DNA of 64,000 bases from Cyanophyceae cyanobacterium (GTDB lineage Bacteria; Cyanobacteriota; Cyanobacteriia; Cyanobacteriales; JBHJGN01), in the NCBI GenBank assembly GCA_050331735.1, contig JBHJGN010000020.1:32001-96000 (forward strand). Direction: 5' to 3'. Shown here one piece after another: positions 63,614 to 64,000 of the stretch (its first letter is position 1; each line of letters opens with the position of its first letter). Both the position numbers and the translations under genes were made by a program. The notes under the pieces were generated by a model. It saw only the letters and a list, made by a program, of their open reading frames with translations, did not search any database and was not told the origin of the DNA.

Positions 63614-64000
63614 ATGCAAATCAAGATCAGCCATGATTGGCCCCGAACCGCTGAAGAAGCAACAGTTATTCAGCAACAGCTCAAATCTCAAGTCGTCACT
63701 GAAGATCAATTGGAGGACGTGAACTACGTTGCTGGCGTAGATGTCGGCTTTGAGGATAACTATGCGATTACCAAAGCCGCCGTTGCCGTCCTCACTCCTG
63801 ATTTGCAGCTTGTCGAAACGGCGATCGCTCGTCGTCCCACCACGTTTCCCTACGTTCCTGGCTTCCTCTCCTTCCGGGAAATTCCGGCAATTCTAGAGGC
63901 CCTGCAACAGCTATCGCTCACTCCTGACCTGATGATGTGCGACGGACACGGCATTGCCCATCCGCGTCGCTTCGGCATTGCTAGTCATCTCGGTGTCCTC
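63614..64000 (+). CDS. nfi: Endonuclease V (partial; runs off window end)
   Basis: Translated by hand: MQIKISHDWP...VAGVDVGF...FPYVPGFLSFRE...CDGHGIAHPRRFGIASHLG. Confidence 0.95.
   Translation, partial: MQIKISHDWPRTAEEATVIQQQLKSQVVTEDQLEDVNYVAGVDVGFEDNYAITKAAVAVLTPDLQLVETAIARRPTTFPYVPGFLSFREIPAILEALQQLSLTPDLMMCDGHGIAHPRRFGIASHLGVL

Overview
Chromosomal window from a cyanobacterium, probably a unicellular Chroococcales-like one (inferred from gene content and the frequent HIP1 octamer GCGATCGC). About 1-46 kb is mostly conserved core genes: pntA (partial), rpmH-rnpA-PH-yidC-jag-yceD-ycf46, rne-rnhB, pheA, rpsL-rpsG-fusA-tuf-rpsJ, ferredoxin-dependent glutamate synthase, grpE-dnaK-dnaJ-tusA-rsgA, pilB-pilT-pilC, phoH, glgB and tRNA-His. 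The best candidate for a poorly described system is a two-gene unit at 46554-48814. It pairs a membrane-anchored P-loop GTPase with a C-terminal TPR and an upstream membrane-anchored partner whose N-terminus resembles GAP1-N domains of GTPase-centred conflict systems. About 55.6-63.5 kb is a decaying stress/signalling island. It holds a truncated PAS kinase, a Crp regulator between two atypical receivers, an adh-tal deletion fusion, a hemerythrin protein and a dodecin pseudogene. Tiny hairpin elements sit inside genes: an 84-bp IS200/IS605-end-like insert in tal, a 44-bp palindrome in dodecin, and a 36-bp unit triplicated in a peptidase C15 gene, with a covarying copy near pilB. Family assignments come from motif recognition only; no searches were run.
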